The notes: a model not told the origin generated them from the letters alone. DNA of 59,116 nt, filler included, from Sphacelaria rigidula (GCA_964200075.2; 10 parts of 10 records of this genome joined end to end with filler, not necessarily neighbours in it), one strand, 5' to 3'; shown: positions 24,851-38,763, counted from the whole stretch's first letter. Translations and numbers: made by a program.

Positions 24851-25273
24851 GAACCGACCGGAATTCCGACCAATCATGTGTCAACCTCGGGCTTGTCTTA
24901 ACACGTGTGTAAAATTTCGTCTGCAACCACTCAAAATCGGTTTGAGGTTTCGCTGCCGACTTGATTTTTGCGTTGTTCCCCGAATCCTGTATTGTGGCTA
25001 ACCGGCTGCGTTTTGTCTTCACCCGCTACAAACCGTGGCACTATTGCGACAACCTTCTGCTTACTCCTCGGTTCCTCCCGCCGATGTCGGTATTCAATGA
25101 TTTTTCCTGTTGTCACGCATCAACTGGGTTCCACAACGTACTGAGAACCAGGTGATCAATGCCCGTCCGAGACCTTTTCGCCACGTAGGCGTTTGCAGTA
25201 CCGGAGATGTTTTGTGGGCCGATTGGGCTGCTCGCACTTGTGAACGTTGACTCGCGTGTTTGCTTTCTTACAG

Positions 25274-28200
25274 GGAACGCTGAAAGTGGTTGACAGGGAA
25301 CGAGGTGCAACTTTACGTGGAACCTGGGACATCGACAACAACGAGAAGGAGCTCGGCAAGCTACCATACGGCGCTACGCTCAAGTACAACGCGGTCAGTG
25401 GTCACTAGTCTAAATGTACGTTTGTTGTATCACCTGTAACTATTCAGAATTGATGTTGATCTTCTAGCAGCTTAGATGATGAGCCGGGTCGCGCCCTGGC
25501 GTTTGTATGCGGGAAGTACGCGGACTGAACGGACTAGCCGGAAGTGCTGGTGTCAGATCCTCATTGGTCGAGAAGTAGACGGTGTGTTGGGAGTATAACA
25601 GGTGTTGCTGAGCGTTGTAACTGTTACACTCGATTTTTTCCCCGCCTACCGTACACAGCTGCATGACTCTCGTCACTTGCACACGTCCATATAAAATATC
25701 GTGAACTTCGGGTAAACTACAGGTGTTGCTTGACAGTTTTCTTTACCAGCAACGGAATTCATTTCCGACGCTGCTCGTCCAGTCGGTCGACGCAGGACCG
25801 TCTCCATTCGTTTACGTATCCCCTTACCGCTGCTATTGCTGCTGTTGCTGCATCGTGATGTCATGCAGGCCCGTTATTTGCCCCCCCCTGACGAGGAGTG
25901 TGTGGGTGTGATTCGGTTCCGAGTCGTGCCGGATGCTGTACTCGCCCCGCAGGTGAAGCGCTGTTCTTGTTTCCGTATATGCACCCTTTGTCCGCGAGTC
26001 ACTTAGAATATTTTTTTCGGCAACATGCTGATACCGGCGCCGAAATTCACCTCAACACATTGGTATACTAGATATGGACTGTACTCAATTGCATTCGCTA
26101 CCATCACGGCTGACGAATTGGCTGAACCGTGTTACTCTCATTTCTTTGTGTATCCTAAATAGAGCGTTTGCAGTCGATGAGCTACAATGTTTTCCTTTCC
26201 ACGGCCTTTTGTTTTCTACGACTAGGCATGAGAGTGCTCCTGCGCAAGACTTTGTGCGCCGAAGCCATGTGGCAAAGACCGGCCATTTCTTTCTGTTCTC
26301 TTTTTTCTTTTTATTATTATCATCATTTTTTTACGTCCTAGTTTACTGTGTTGGTCTGTTCTTATTTGTTCTGGTTCTTCTTCATCTCCAGCGAGTGTTT
26401 CATTTTTGTTTTGTCTCACGTACGTCTATCGTGTACGTCTATCGTGTACGTCTATCGTGCGACCATGGCTGGATCCCTGGCGGGTCACGTAAAGTGCGAC
26501 AATAAATCAATCAATTTGTCAACGCTGTGATCATCGTATCCACAACAGGGCGGATGGGTCAGTGAACGAGGACGATTTATCGATGACCCTTACGTCATCG
26601 TCGTGGCGTCTCCAATAGCCGACCCTCGACACCCTACCCATGCGCTCCGCGACAACTCCACGACCCGCACCGGCGCGACTAACAGCAGCAAGAGCGCCTT
26701 CCAGCAACAAGATCAAGCTCGACACATCAAGTGCGGCGGCGGCAACTCTAGTGGCAACAACCGCAACCCCAGCTCGCAGCGTCTGGTCAGTCCAGCAGCC
26801 GTCAACAAGTACAAACCTGCCATTGATGCGACACCTGCTGGTGTTGTTGAAGCAAGGAGGGAATCGCCGCAGCCAATCCGCACTCCATCTCAAGGTACTC
26901 CGTCCCAAAGCCGAAGCGCGGGACATAGGCGGCAAGTGACAATGACACCTGGCGCCGGCGGTGGTGGAAACGCTGGCGACTCCCGCTCGTCACAATCTAA
27001 CCCTCGAGCGCATCCTGGTGCGGCGGCAGCGCCGACTAGCGGCTCGCGTCGTGGCTCGTCGACTGGTGTGGGACGTGGGCAGGGGAGTACTCAGGCGAGA
27101 AGGATCTTGGTGAGCGGTATGAGTCAGTCTGAGAGGGCTAGGCTTGAGGCGAGGGACAGCGGGGAGAAAGCGGCTTGTCCGGCATGTCACCGTGGGATGG
27201 ATCACTGGCAGCCTGGACGGCGTCAAGAAGTGAGTGTGACATGTGACATGGTACTTATTACTGTGTAGGGTGCGGTGCGTGCGTGATACGTTGGATCTAA
27301 GAAATACTATCCAATGCTGCGACCAACTGGTTGAAGGTGGACAGCATCAGTCGAGTTGTGCCTCTTCAGCCATGCCAACAGGAAGTGGGGTATGACAGGT
27401 GTTCGTTTTGTCGTTCGTTGTTGCTTTTTTTTCATCAGCTTGCTCTGTTCCATCTTTTCTTTTATTCTTTTCTTCACTTTTATTTGTCGTTAGCGAGCGT
27501 TACCGTTTTGGTCACGTTCAGTACGTCTATCTTTTGTCCAATGACCACGGCTGGGTGGGTAGGCCTACTATATCCTGCGACCCTCGGGGATCAGTGAATG
27601 TGCGATAGCCGATCAATCAAGAGGTTGTTGAGGTTTACTGTTTATGTCGCCGTAACGCGAACTGTGTTCGTGACGGACACGCAATTGCTCGCTTGTTCCA
27701 CCAGCTGATACGACCAACATGCTGCACGCTGTCGCGAAATCAATCCCAAAATGTCTTGTTTCGTCGATTGGCCCGCTTTCCCGCAGCACGTCCACGCTTG
27801 CCTACTGCGACAGCGGCCGTCTGCATCGGTATCTCCATCGTCGCGTACACCTCTGTCTGCAACATACGAGCCGCCTATCGCCGCCGCAAACTACACCACT
27901 CCAAATTCACGAACATCGAGTTCGAGATCTAGTGACACAATTTCTTCCCGGGGACCATCTGCTGTCGCTGCGCGAGGGAGGGCTATACGCACATCAACGC
28001 CCGAAGATTTGCCACCGGGTGGGCATCATTCAGGGAGTAGGGGCACTGGGGAGACGGTTGGGCCGGCAGCGCTGGGCGATGTGTCTGGCGGGGGGCCAAG
28101 GGCAACAAGAGTTTCGCTTCAGGGAATGTTTTCTTCCCCCCAGGTGTGTCTGGTAAAAAAATATGTGTGGAGAGGGGTTAGTCCATTGCAATTGTCTCGT

Positions 28201-29143
28201 TGAGATGGAGGTGTAGTCTCAAGGGAGAACGTTTTGGGAAGTAGTAGAGTGGAACGCTTGTGTTGCAACTCGCGGAGTGGATACGTCTAAAGCGTGTCAG
28301 GTACGGTACCGTTCCCAGTATATACACAAAAGTGCAAGCACCCATAATACAGAAATTCTGTATTGCGGTAGTCCTTGCTTTGTTTCGTGTGATACCTCGA
28401 ACTTGAATCTAGCACTGTGTAGCAGTGCGGCTGCCCTTGTTCTCCACTGTATAGCATTTATTCAACTACAGACTACCACCCGATCACTCCGACCGCCCCT
28501 CAACCCTTTGCCTGCAAAGGCTACATCGACCCCTCCAATCCATGTCATTCTCATGTAGACACATGGGCCGATCGTCAACGCCGGTTTTGATACGATGCAA
28601 CAGTTGAAAAATTGATCGAGAACAACGCACCGTTTTTGGCTGAGTCAACACTTCACCCCCCTTCCCCCCCCCCAATCTTGTGCCCTGCCTAAAAAGGCCG
28701 TGCGAGAGCGCGAGCAACCAACACAAGGACAGAGACCATCCAGTACCCCACATCAACGGGACAGCTTCACCCCGTCTAGATCTCAATCTGCATCCAGATC
28801 TCAAAGTGCCCTTCGTAATTCATCAAAGGCAACTTGCGCGAGTGACGGCGTAAGTAGGGTGCCACCAGCAAGGGATCATATATCGACGGCTGGCGGAGGC
28901 TTGTTTGCGAGGAGTGGGGCATCAGGCGGTGATTCCAGTCAGGCAGCCCTTGGTTCTGGCGGCGGGGCTCCTGGTAACGGGGGTTCCGGTAGCGGGAGAC
29001 GGGAGGCAATGAGGACGAAGGGTCCGTCTGAATGCCCAGTGTGCAAGTTTTGCTTCACCAGTAGAGTAAGTCAGTGGGAGCGGCAGGCGCACATTCAGCA
29101 GTGTCTTGACAGTCTGGAAGGCGTGTTTGACGAGGAAGACTAG
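25274..29143 (+). CDS. 5'-partial gene: SH3-like domain, low-complexity linker and two C2HC (UBZ-type) zinc fingers; exons 25274-25393, 25869-25952, 26549-27229, 27787-28143, 28697-29143 (possible extra exon 25152-25184)
   Basis: All exons are phase 0 with AG/GT borders. GATLRGTWDID..LGKLPYGA..VIRFRV..GGWVS is an SH3b-like pattern. CPACHRGMDHWQPGRRQE|HVHACL is completed only by splicing. The protein ends CPVCKFCF..RQAHIQQCLD..TAG. Confidence 0.85.
26420..26516 (+). mobile_element. Retroposon 3' end with (ATCA)n tail; relatives at 27520-27620 (+) and 58176-58275 (-)
   Basis: Shared CGTCTATC..GACCA.GGCTGG..GCGACAAT..ATCAATCAA. Confidence 0.6.
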
Positions 29144-29859
29144 ACGGCGCTACTCGAGGGAAGTGTGAGCTTGTGGTGCAGAAAGCACCATACATGTGTA
29201 CAGCTCCAACTAGGGGTACGTTGTGCTAACGACTTGCGGCTGATGTTGCCAATCTTGTCAACATGCTCGTGATGAAATTTGGTATTTCTTGATTTGAATA
29301 TTTGTGTGCGATACGGGGCTGCTGCCATCGTACTGCACTATACTATTTTGTACTCCTTTAAAAAAAAACTCCACGTGCATCTCCAGTATGTTGTACCACA
29401 AGACTTGTATACTTTTATTTTTTTCCCCTCACACTTTGAACCCTTCCTCTTCCTCGGGATGAGTCCGTGGTCTCAAGGAATCAAGCCATCTCTCCCCCGG
29501 TACGTGCCTTNNNNNNNNNNNNNNNNNNNNNNNNNNNNNNNNNNNNNNNNNNNNTTAATTAATTAANNNNNNNNNNNNNNNNNNNNNNNNNNNNNNNNNN
29601 NNNNNNNNNNACCATCGCTGAAAGTGTGGGGAAAACACTGTTTTAGGCTTGAGCCTCATCTCAAAGGTAAACCTCAATTCGCACAATTTGCTGTTTTGAA
29701 TTGTTTTCAGGGGTACCGTGTAGTATATATTTCCCTGTTGAAAATCGAAATTTCCTTGCTTGAACACTTTGCACCTGTTACAATGAACGACTGCTTCCCA
29801 AGAAAACAACCCGTTATTTCCGGACTCCCCCTGGGATCTAATCCTAACGCTGAGGTTGT

Positions 29860-30098
29860 CTCAAATCCCATCTGAGGGAGAGGGTGCTAGCGCTATCCGT
29901 CGCTGCATCAGATCCCGTTTGGGGCCGTCAGAAGGGATATTCAAACTACAGCTGCCGCGGATTCTAAATTTAAAAAAACACGACTCGAATTTTCAAGCGC
30001 GTTGCACTACAGTACACCAAGTATTGTTCAACAGCCCACCGCTAAACCGGTTCTCAACACAGCCACGGCGGAGGTGGCCATACAAGGCGTGATAGCTG
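29860..30098 (+). repeat. Dispersed repeat, second copy at 35650-35871
   Basis: Shared AAGCGCGTTGCACTACAGTA and CAGCCACGGCGGAGGTG..ATACAAGGCGTG.TAGCTG. Confidence 0.8.
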
Positions 30099-30530
30099 GT
30101 TCAGACTGGATGAAGTGTTTCAAACAGACGGCAAAGTAGCCTCTCTAGCTTGTCCGTGCACTAGTTCGTTTTAACTACTGTCTAAATTGTCATGGTTACC
30201 ATGATCGGTGCTCAAGTACTGTGATGACGGATCTACACAAGACGGGGCATAAAGTGAAATTTCCTACTTCAACCAAACATGCGGCATATTCATGCGTGTG
30301 CAGTACAGTGTGCAGTGATTTGTACGTACTCGCTCACCATTCATCGCAGGGCAAAACGGTTTTCCAGCACAAGGGATGATCAGTTTGACGAGGAATATCT
30401 CATCCTGAATGTCAGGGTGGCTTGTTCACAGCTTCAGGCGATGATATTTCTCTTTTGCAATGGTGGGTTTGAATATCATTTTTCAGGTCACTTTGTTCCC
30501 TTCCATAGGAGTAAAAACCAGGGTGCCGGT

Positions 30531-33500
30531 TGACATCGAATTCTCAAAAGGATCGAGTTCAAGCCGGGTGTAAAGAGGCATGTTTATATAACCGTCTGCG
30601 TACGGATTAAACATCCTCACCCCTGACTGCGGCACATTGCCAGTTCCTGCAGTCAGCCTTCCGGGACTTTTCCACCAGATAGACGGGCCCATCATCGTAC
30701 TGCCCTACCTCCATGTATACCGCGATCCAAAACACCCCCCCCTCAGGCCTAGGGTTGAGAAACCCTGGGGCTGGACGTGGTTCAACGATGGATCGCCGCG
30801 TTACCATGTTCCTCGTCCTCGAGTATTCGGCGTTGGTTTCGTGTAGCCGTCGATCTTGGTAACCGTTTTGCCGAGTTAAACCACGTAGGGAATTTAAACA
30901 CCGTGCAGAACAATCTCGAACAGTCTCGGCAACTCTCGCTCTTGTAGATCTCTCTGCCAGGTTAGAACACGCAGGGGATTCAAACACCGTACAGGAACGA
31001 TCCCATCCAGTTCGGAGAAGTCCTTGATCTTGTTCACCGCTCTGCCGAGTTAAACCACGTGGGGAATTCAAACACCGTACAGGAACGATCCCATCCAGTT
31101 CGGAGAAGTCCTTGACCTTGTTCCCCGCTCTGCCGAGTTAGACCACTTAGGGAATTTAAACACCGTACAGAAACGATCCCATCCCGTCCGGAGAAGTCCT
31201 TGATCTTGTTCACCGCTCTGCCGGGTTAGACCACGTAAGGAATTTAAACACCGCACAGAAACGATCTCATCACGTCCGGAGAAGCTCTTGTTCCTGTTGA
31301 CCGCTCTGGGCTGTCCGTAAACCGTTTGCGGATCCTGGTACATCGGGGAATCTACCACACGATTGAGCCCCTCTCTGCACGAGATGGTGTATCAAATGGA
31401 CATGGCCTGGTCTGCGGGTGATATAATTCCCACAAGGCATGAAACACATCCAACTGTAACTGAGTGAAGCTGTCAAAATCCTCTCCTCTGAAAGCCAGTG
31501 TGGCTCAGCTCCGTCGTGAAACAACCGTGGATGTTCTCACACTCACGCCGATCCTGGGCCCAGCTCTGCTTTCCTATCCGTCAGAGTATATAATAGAGGT
31601 GTGGACGTGATGTCCTCAGCCAACCCTAAATCTGCCCTCCCAAGCTAGCTAACAGACCTCGCCTGGAAATGAATGCTGTAGCTGTTCTGGTTGCACATGA
31701 AATTTCTCCACGTTGGCCGCAAACACCGTTCGTTCTTGTACTTCACGCACCTGCATTTTGACCTCAAGACTGAGACCTGGTATCACCCCCTGCTGCACCG
31801 TCCCCGGCCCAGTCCACAAGTCGTGTACTAATTTGGCCGGTACATCTTCGTTCAAAAGGGAGCTGTCAGACTCTTTGACTAGCATCATATCGTGTACCTC
31901 TTCCCTACGCCGGTGGCGTTGGGTTAACAGCTCATGAACGTCCTTCAATTTTGTCGCCGTTGCTCTACCGTGTTATTTAATGTTAGGGATTCTGCTTCAG
32001 GTGACACAGAGTCGACTTGGGTGCGGGGCTCGCGCTCAAAAGCAGCATTAATCGCGTTGGGTTATGCGGCTGTGATTGGTCGGAAGTAGTATGATGAATC
32101 CATGCAGCAGGATGCACATACTCGTCCCACCATTCCAGACACTGCTCACATAGCTCGGCTAAAACGCCACGCAACAACTCTCCATATCTTTCCAGGGCGC
32201 CCTGATCGCGAGGGTGATCTGCGGGATCATGATCCAGTTTAACCTTCATCCACATGGCATACATGGTTTACTACTTCCGAAGTGAACTCCCCCCCAGCGT
32301 CACTTCAAAGGAAATAGGGCGTTTCGAGCGTCAAGAACAGTTCCAGCAGACCCTTAACTACGTGCTCAGTAACCTTGGCTGCTAGTGAAGGAGCAATGAG
32401 AACTTGGTTGCTCGATCCATAACAACCAAGAAGTACTTATTACCAGAAGTAGAAATCTGCTTTATGTCCGATATGTCCATCTACATCATCTCCCAGAACT
32501 ACACAGAAGCGGGCGGGTCGCACCGTTATGGTGTGACTATTAGTACGTTTGCGTCGGCGACATCCACAAGACAGCACGTATTTGCGGGTATCGGCGAAAA
32601 GACCGGGTCACTCATAGCGTGCGTTGACCACTACAGTCGTTTTCATCACTCCGGCGTGCCCATGCGTAGTGTGCACCAATGCGAGCAGGCCACGCACTAG
32701 ACTGCGCGACTTTCCCGGTGCCCAACTTACCTGGCGCCGTAGGTGAGGTATACCATAGAAGATCATCATAATTTTGGAACGTGCGCTTCCTGCCTCTCAC
32801 CTGTACCTTCGTCCTTTTTCTCCAACATCAATCTATCCCTGATGGACTAAAGCCGGGAGTCCCGCTCTTGCAGCAAAACTAGTCGCGGCTTGTTCATCAG
32901 AACCGCTCTCGCCTGGAGTGATGCTACGGTAGGGTTGCATTGTTTTAGCGAAAATGTTCCTCGGGGTGTTGCACGGATCATTTTGAGAATCGGCATCATT
33001 TTCACTTGAAAAAGACTGAAAATGATGCCGATTTATGAAAAGGCCCCTGTGTACATCTCCAAATCCTATCCCCGGAGATCTGGATAGCACAGTAAGTCCC
33101 ATATATTTGGGCTCCTACAAAAACGAGGCCCAGAAACAAAAAGGGCGACCCCTATCGTAGCACTGCTCCCTGCTCGAGAACGGTCTGGGGGCTACCTTTA
33201 CCTGGTATCCGTGGCTCCTCAGGTGGAGCCCCCCCCCCCCACCAGGGTCTTGGTCTGACTTCCGCTCTGTCTCTTGAACCGATGAACGAGTTGCAGCGGC
33301 TCCCCAAGCCTCTGGTGACTCTGCTTCGTCACGAGGCCACATCGTAGGAAGCGTGCTCAAATCCTCATCCTCACCCTGGATATGAGTCAGGCTAAACAAA
33401 TCTTCCGCTTCCACTTGATAGAACCGCCTTCATCATCCATGGGTGAAAGAATTTAGCCACAATCTATGGCATGACGTCGTTATTTACCGGGGTGGTGTCT

Positions 33501-35040
33501 CGTAACAGTCGAGAGTAGTCGCAACTTTCACGAAATCGTATTTTTCCAGCTCGCCTGCTTCTTCCTATCCACCTGCGTCCGCACCATGGGGTCTGAATTC
33601 CTCGCGCCTTGGTTTCCCTTTCGTCGGCTGAGAACGAAATCATCTGGGCATCGTATTCTCGGAAGTGTGAATCGCCTCGCCCTGTCCTGTCGGCACCAGA
33701 AAAATAAATACCTGTCCGCCCTAATCGCTAACCCAACGTGGGGCAGGCGACGGTGTACGTTTCCACTCGCTGTTTCCACGCTCGCATTTGTCCTTCGCTC
33801 CGACGATCAGCTTTCAAGGCAACCACATAGGTCCGTCTCTTCCGATACGGTGCGCCCACCTGCACGGTTGAGACTGAGGCCTGCTCAGTGAGACCCCCAG
33901 CTCCGCTCAACGCGGAGAAACGAGCTCGTTCTCACCAGGAGAGCACACTATCACAGCAGTACTCTCCGAGATCAGCGTTGTCACAGAGGTTGATGAGAGG
34001 AATGACTTGACCAACTTTTTGACGACGCTGGCTGATGCTGACTCCGGCTCGGCCCATTCGATTGGTGCAACCCCACTTGTATCCCCTACCAACTCTTGTG
34101 GTTGCACTTCTTCCACAAGGTCGTGGAAAGAACCGCACCCTGGACTCGTATGTACCAGCCTAACTCCCCTTTCCAATCTCGTTTACGCCAACACAATCCA
34201 ACGCCTTCCAGTCCGCATCAGCGTATCACTTCTACGAACTCTTCGGCTGCCAAAATACTTCCTCCACCTCCAACTGGAAAAACCCATTCGTTGAATCAAC
34301 ACTCGTACAGTACTTGGATTCTGCTAGCCCACCATACATGGTCTGCATATCCCTCAAACTGCCACTGTATGACTCCAGAAGTTGCTTCAGTCCACGATAA
34401 TCTTGACATGGTCGTAAACTACCGTCCGTCTTTCTTTCGAACCATGACGCAGGTGGCTGCCCATGCAAGCGTCGATCGCACGTAGCCCGGGACTAGCTTG
34501 CTAGCGAAACCTTCTGAGCTTACATCCCCGATTAGATGCAGTAGCCACTGCAGCGTAGTATCGTCCTACCACGCCACTCCAAGGCTTTTCCACACATCAT
34601 TCGATTCTGCCAGTTCGTTCGGACCAGACAACCTTCCTGTCGAGTCGTCACCAAGCGCGCTTGACTTGACAGCACGGAAGAGGTTCAAAGTTGCCGAACC
34701 TCCTTGGCTGGTGAGGTGATCGGTGTCAACAGCTCCGAGTTTTGGGGGACTGTTAGACACGAACCGTACTCACGGCGCCTCGGGCGAAGGCCGAAATCTC
34801 GGTCGCCCTTCGAAAGATAACGTGCTCTTGTCTCTCCTGAAGAAACTCACTGCCGGAGTAAATCCATATGATTATCCATGGACCACCTGGACCCATACCT
34901 TTATTGACTTATCCTTTGTGTGGAAACGAATAATAGGAATTACCGCTGACCCTAGAATCTTCATCGGAGGTATCTTACTGTTACTAGGGTTAGCGGGCCT
35001 CAAAATTCCTGCTCCCTGCCATTGCAACTTATTTGCTATA
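30531..35040 (-). mobile_element. Decayed Ty3/gypsy LTR retrotransposon (RT, RNase H and integrase remnants, PPT, candidate 3' LTR)
   Basis: RT motif RKTDGSLRPCQDYRGL..KYCTSVDSTNGFFQL (34232-34468) and integrase-like DHPRDQGALER..WWDEYVHPAAWIHHT (31983-32264), in RT-before-IN order with many stops and frameshifts. PPT GAGGGGGGGG at 30744-30735 is followed by TG at 30734; the LTR probably ends CA at ~30531. Confidence 0.85.
30850..31312 (+). repeat. 88-bp tandem array (~5.3 units) in the gypsy 3' region
   Basis: CTCTG anchors at 30952, 31040, 31128, 31216 and 31304. Confidence 0.92.
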
Positions 35041-35043
35041 TTA

Positions 35044-35294
35044 GAGTCATCCTACGTTAGGGGGGGGGGGTATTTGGTTGCACGAAAAAATAGGCTCATA
35101 TGTATGTCAGGCGACCTGCCACACTTGCGTTGCGCTTGTATTTGGTTTCAAACGGTGTCAGGCAGTATGGATGAGCGTTATCAATCCACAACAAACTCGT
35201 TCGAACAACCGTTGCTGCTTTCAACGACGAGTTGGCTCGGAATTTCGTGCAAGAAATGGCCCAAAATACACCCCCCCCTATCGTAGGATGACTC
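35044..35294. mobile_element. MITE with GAG...CTC termini and 4-bp TSD ATTA (Sola-like by terminus and TSD)
   Basis: ATTA-GAGTCATCCTACGTTAGGGG...CCCCTATCGTAGGATGACTC-ATTA. Confidence 0.85.
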
Positions 35295-36024
35295 ATTACC
35301 CCACGTTACCAACAACCTCCACCACTGTTTCGATGCATAGCTCCCCCCCCCTGCCCCGGTGCCCAGTAACACCGTTACTGGTGAGCGGTGGCTACTCTTG
35401 CTGTGGTGCCAAACTTCAGCTTGTACCCACAGNNNNNNNNNNNNNNNNNNNNNNNNNNNNNNNNNNNNNNNNNNNNTTAATTAATTAANNNNNNNNNNNN
35501 NNNNNNNNNNNNNNNNNNNNNNNNNNNNNNNNAGAGAGAAATGCCACTTCAACCCCATATTTTGTATGAACCCCAAAATATAAAATCGGCTGTTATGTTT
35601 CATTCCGAGCGATGTTCCCCAAATACCCCCACAGTGGTCACAAATCCTACCTGAGGTGGCGGGTGCCATCGCTTTCCGCCCCTGGATCAGACCGCGATTG
35701 AGACCGTCAGGAGGGATATCCAAGCCACAGCTGATGCGGGTTCTAAATGAAAAGAAACGGCTTGGATGTCGTAAGCGCGTTGCACTACAGTAGTAGTGTT
35801 CGACAGCCTCACCGCGAAACCCGCTCTCAATACAGCCACGGCGGAGGTGATCATACAAGGCGTGGTAGCTGNNNNNNNNTCGCATGGGCACTGCTGGCGA
35901 AACAACCCCAAGCGTAGGACTAACCCTTACTCCGTCGTGTGTGCCTGCAGCTTGATTTTGGGCCATCCATTTTATCGACTGTACTGTAGTGATGCTGTAC
36001 TGTGGTGATGGTATATCTCAGCAG

Positions 36025-36177
36025 ACCGCTGAGTGATGCTGCGCTTCGAAGATCGCAGGCGTCTGTCCCCGCATTGAATCGTTTCGCTGACGGCGGTCGT
36101 CGCCGGCCCAACAGTATCAAATCTCTCTCAGATACTCAACAAGAGGCGCTCGAAAGCTCGATGACTATTCCAAAGAA
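36025..36177 (+). CDS. Possible isolated exon, unknown protein
   Basis: CAG|..PLSDAALRRSQASVPALNRFADGGRRRPNSIKSLSDTQQEALESSMTIPK|GTATGT. Confidence 0.3.
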
Positions 36178-37644
36178 GTATGTTGTCAGCATGCTTTGTG
36201 ACGTGTTGCTTAGACCCAGGGGTTGCTCAAAAGATGCAGGACAATGAGTGACGGCGGTTTTTTTGTTGGAGTGCTCATCACCATGCTTTCGCTGCCGCGC
36301 AGAAGCTTCTGGGTTAGGGGCACATGGTCGCAACCGGTTGCGAATCCCGAGCATTTTGAACAGAATAAATGGAATTTCGATGGTCAATAGAGCCTCAGAA
36401 AAATATTGAACGCCAATGACGACTCCAGGTTGTTTATTGCTCATTGTGGGAAACAATAATAGGGCAAGCACTCGAGTCATTGCTCGTTGTGGACAAAAAT
36501 AATAGGGCGAGCACTCGTCCAAACGAGTAATGACTCGTCCGACCTGTGAAACCTTTCGAGCCTCCAGAGGAATTAAACGCCTCCGGAGGGGTGTCCAGAG
36601 GATAGTGTTTGGTTTCCTCCACGGGGATTAAACGCCTCCTGAGGCTTATTTTTGCCTCTGAAGGGCCGCGCATAACCCCATATTCCTCCGAAGGGGTGGG
36701 CGGCCCTCCGGGTCGGTAGTGTTTGCTTGTTTTCCCTCTAGAGGGCCGCGCATACCTCCGGAGGCATTTGAGGGGGTAGCCAAATGGCCGCGTGTGCAGC
36801 AATGACGCTGAACCTTCTTGAGGGTATTGAGGTGATTTGGAGAGCCGGTTGCTGCGCGTGATGCCTTCAACCTCCAAAAGTGCCTCGATTGAAGTTCCCA
36901 CAGTCAAGTCTGAGAAGTTGAATCAAGACTCGCTCTGCTCGAGAGGGGTCGAATTGGGGGTGTTCTCGAGTGCGCCCAGAGACGGAAGCGAAACGACGCC
37001 ATGAGCACCAATGAAGCTGAAAGTTGTTGATGGAGTCTCGATTGATGTTAGAAGAGCGATGGGATGGTTTTCTCGGGCAGCGCGACTTCGAATCAATTCA
37101 GGGGGGAAAAGGGCGAGGTTCGGAGCTCAGTAATAAGGTCCGGACGGATAGGACACTTTTTGAATTTAGGATCAGTAGAAGCATTTTCAGGTTTAAGGGC
37201 CTCAGAGTGGGGAAAAACATTATCATTTGTTCATGATAACGATTGGGATTGCTTTAACCGTGCAAAAAAACTCAAGGATCAGGAGCTGGGGCTGGGTAGT
37301 CTCAGGACCCTCGAAAACCGATCAGCCCGTGAGTCGTTCAATGATCAGCGCAGATGATCTTATTTCAGAATATAGATGGGATGACTTATATCTCCCAATC
37401 ACAAAACTTTGGGATCAAACGTTCCCTGGGATGCGTGGTGGCACACGGAAACACTTTCGAATATCCCCGACTACAAAAAAACTACGAAAGCTTCCTATTT
37501 CAGATGTGGACTACTGTGATAATGTCAGTTGCTCCATAACTGCAAAGCACGTAGCTCCCGAACCCCAACGGAAAATCTCACAATTTCTGCAGTCAATCTT
37601 CCGTTTTCGTTTTGAATTGGGGATCGAGCATACTCTTCAGCCGT

Positions 37645-37825
37645 TGACAAAGAACCCTTCAGGAGCAGGAGTTTCCAATCGCCCTGGCTCGAGTCTGCCC
37701 CGACCTTGAGTCACAACTAGGCCGCTTTGCGAAAACAGTCGTTTTGAGAGACCTGAAGATGACGGAACATTTAGGGCGCTTCGAACGTCAGCTCGGATTC
37801 TTTCGTGATGTCGCCAGGCGATGCC
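37645..37825 (-). pseudogene. hAT transposase C-terminal dimerization-domain remnant
   Basis: ALNVPSSSGLSKRLFSQSGLVVTQGRGRLEPGRLE matches L.iPasS..sER.FS.ag...t..R.rL.p..le. Confidence 0.7.
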
Positions 37826-38763
37826 ACGATCACCAACACCTCACCCATCGAGGCAACTCCAACTATTTATCACGCCCACAAGACTAGCCTGTAGGCTATC
37901 AGACGGCACTTTCTCCGAAGGAGGGCTTCGTCCCGGGCGGATAACGCATTGCCGATGGCAAATATTACACGGAGGTGGAGGATAACGTATTTCTCCGCCC
38001 GAATTTATTGTGTTTTAGAGTGGATTCGGAGCTAGCCCTTTAGCAGATACCCGGATAAAACGAGGCGGAGCACATATCTCCTTCATACAAGGTCAGTGGA
38101 ATATCTCACACTAGGGTGACGATATTCTGACTATAATAATCACTTCAAGGCCAGACTTGCAAGGTGACATGGTGCGTGAAGTTGAACCTAAATCAACTAA
38201 GTTGATGTCGAGCCTCGGTCAAACCTCAACTCCAAGAGACGAGTGCCAATACGGTACTCTAAGTACTCTAAAAACTCGAGCTGTTCAATGTCAACACTGA
38301 ACTCGAGCAGTCCAACGAGGCACTCGCTACGAAAACAAAAGACATCAAATCTCACTCAAAGCCTATAAAAAAAGTTCGCCTTACGGATCAAGAGAAAAAC
38401 GACGAGCTATGTAGTGAGCCATGTTATTCCACACATTCGCCTGAAATTGCCGAGTGAGCAGCGAAGGACGGCGTGTTTTATACTGTCCAGGGGGGTAATG
38501 GTTGAAAGTTTCAGGGAAATTCGTACGCCCATAACCAACCTTGAGCCCCTACCCAACTATTGTGAGTTACTGGGCCGACTGTTGCGCTTAGCTATTACTG
38601 TACCCGAACACAGTACGGTTAAGTTGATCGCAACCCCACCCCCCCCCCCCCCCCTTCACCACCACCACTCTTCAGGTCATCAAGTCTTCCAAGGAGAGAC
38701 GCAAACACACAACGCGCCGCGACTGCAGCTCTTCGCTTCATGCTTCTTCTCCGAGTCGGGCAT

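Noticed and set aside
29450..29480. Hammerhead ribozyme (GATGAGTCCGTG; also 15580 and 53300)
   Set aside because: Lacks CTGATGA and the GAAA core; it is just a dispersed repeat.
30850..31312. CRISPR or coding repeat
   Set aside because: Whole 88-bp units repeat with no unique spacers, and the period breaks the reading frame.
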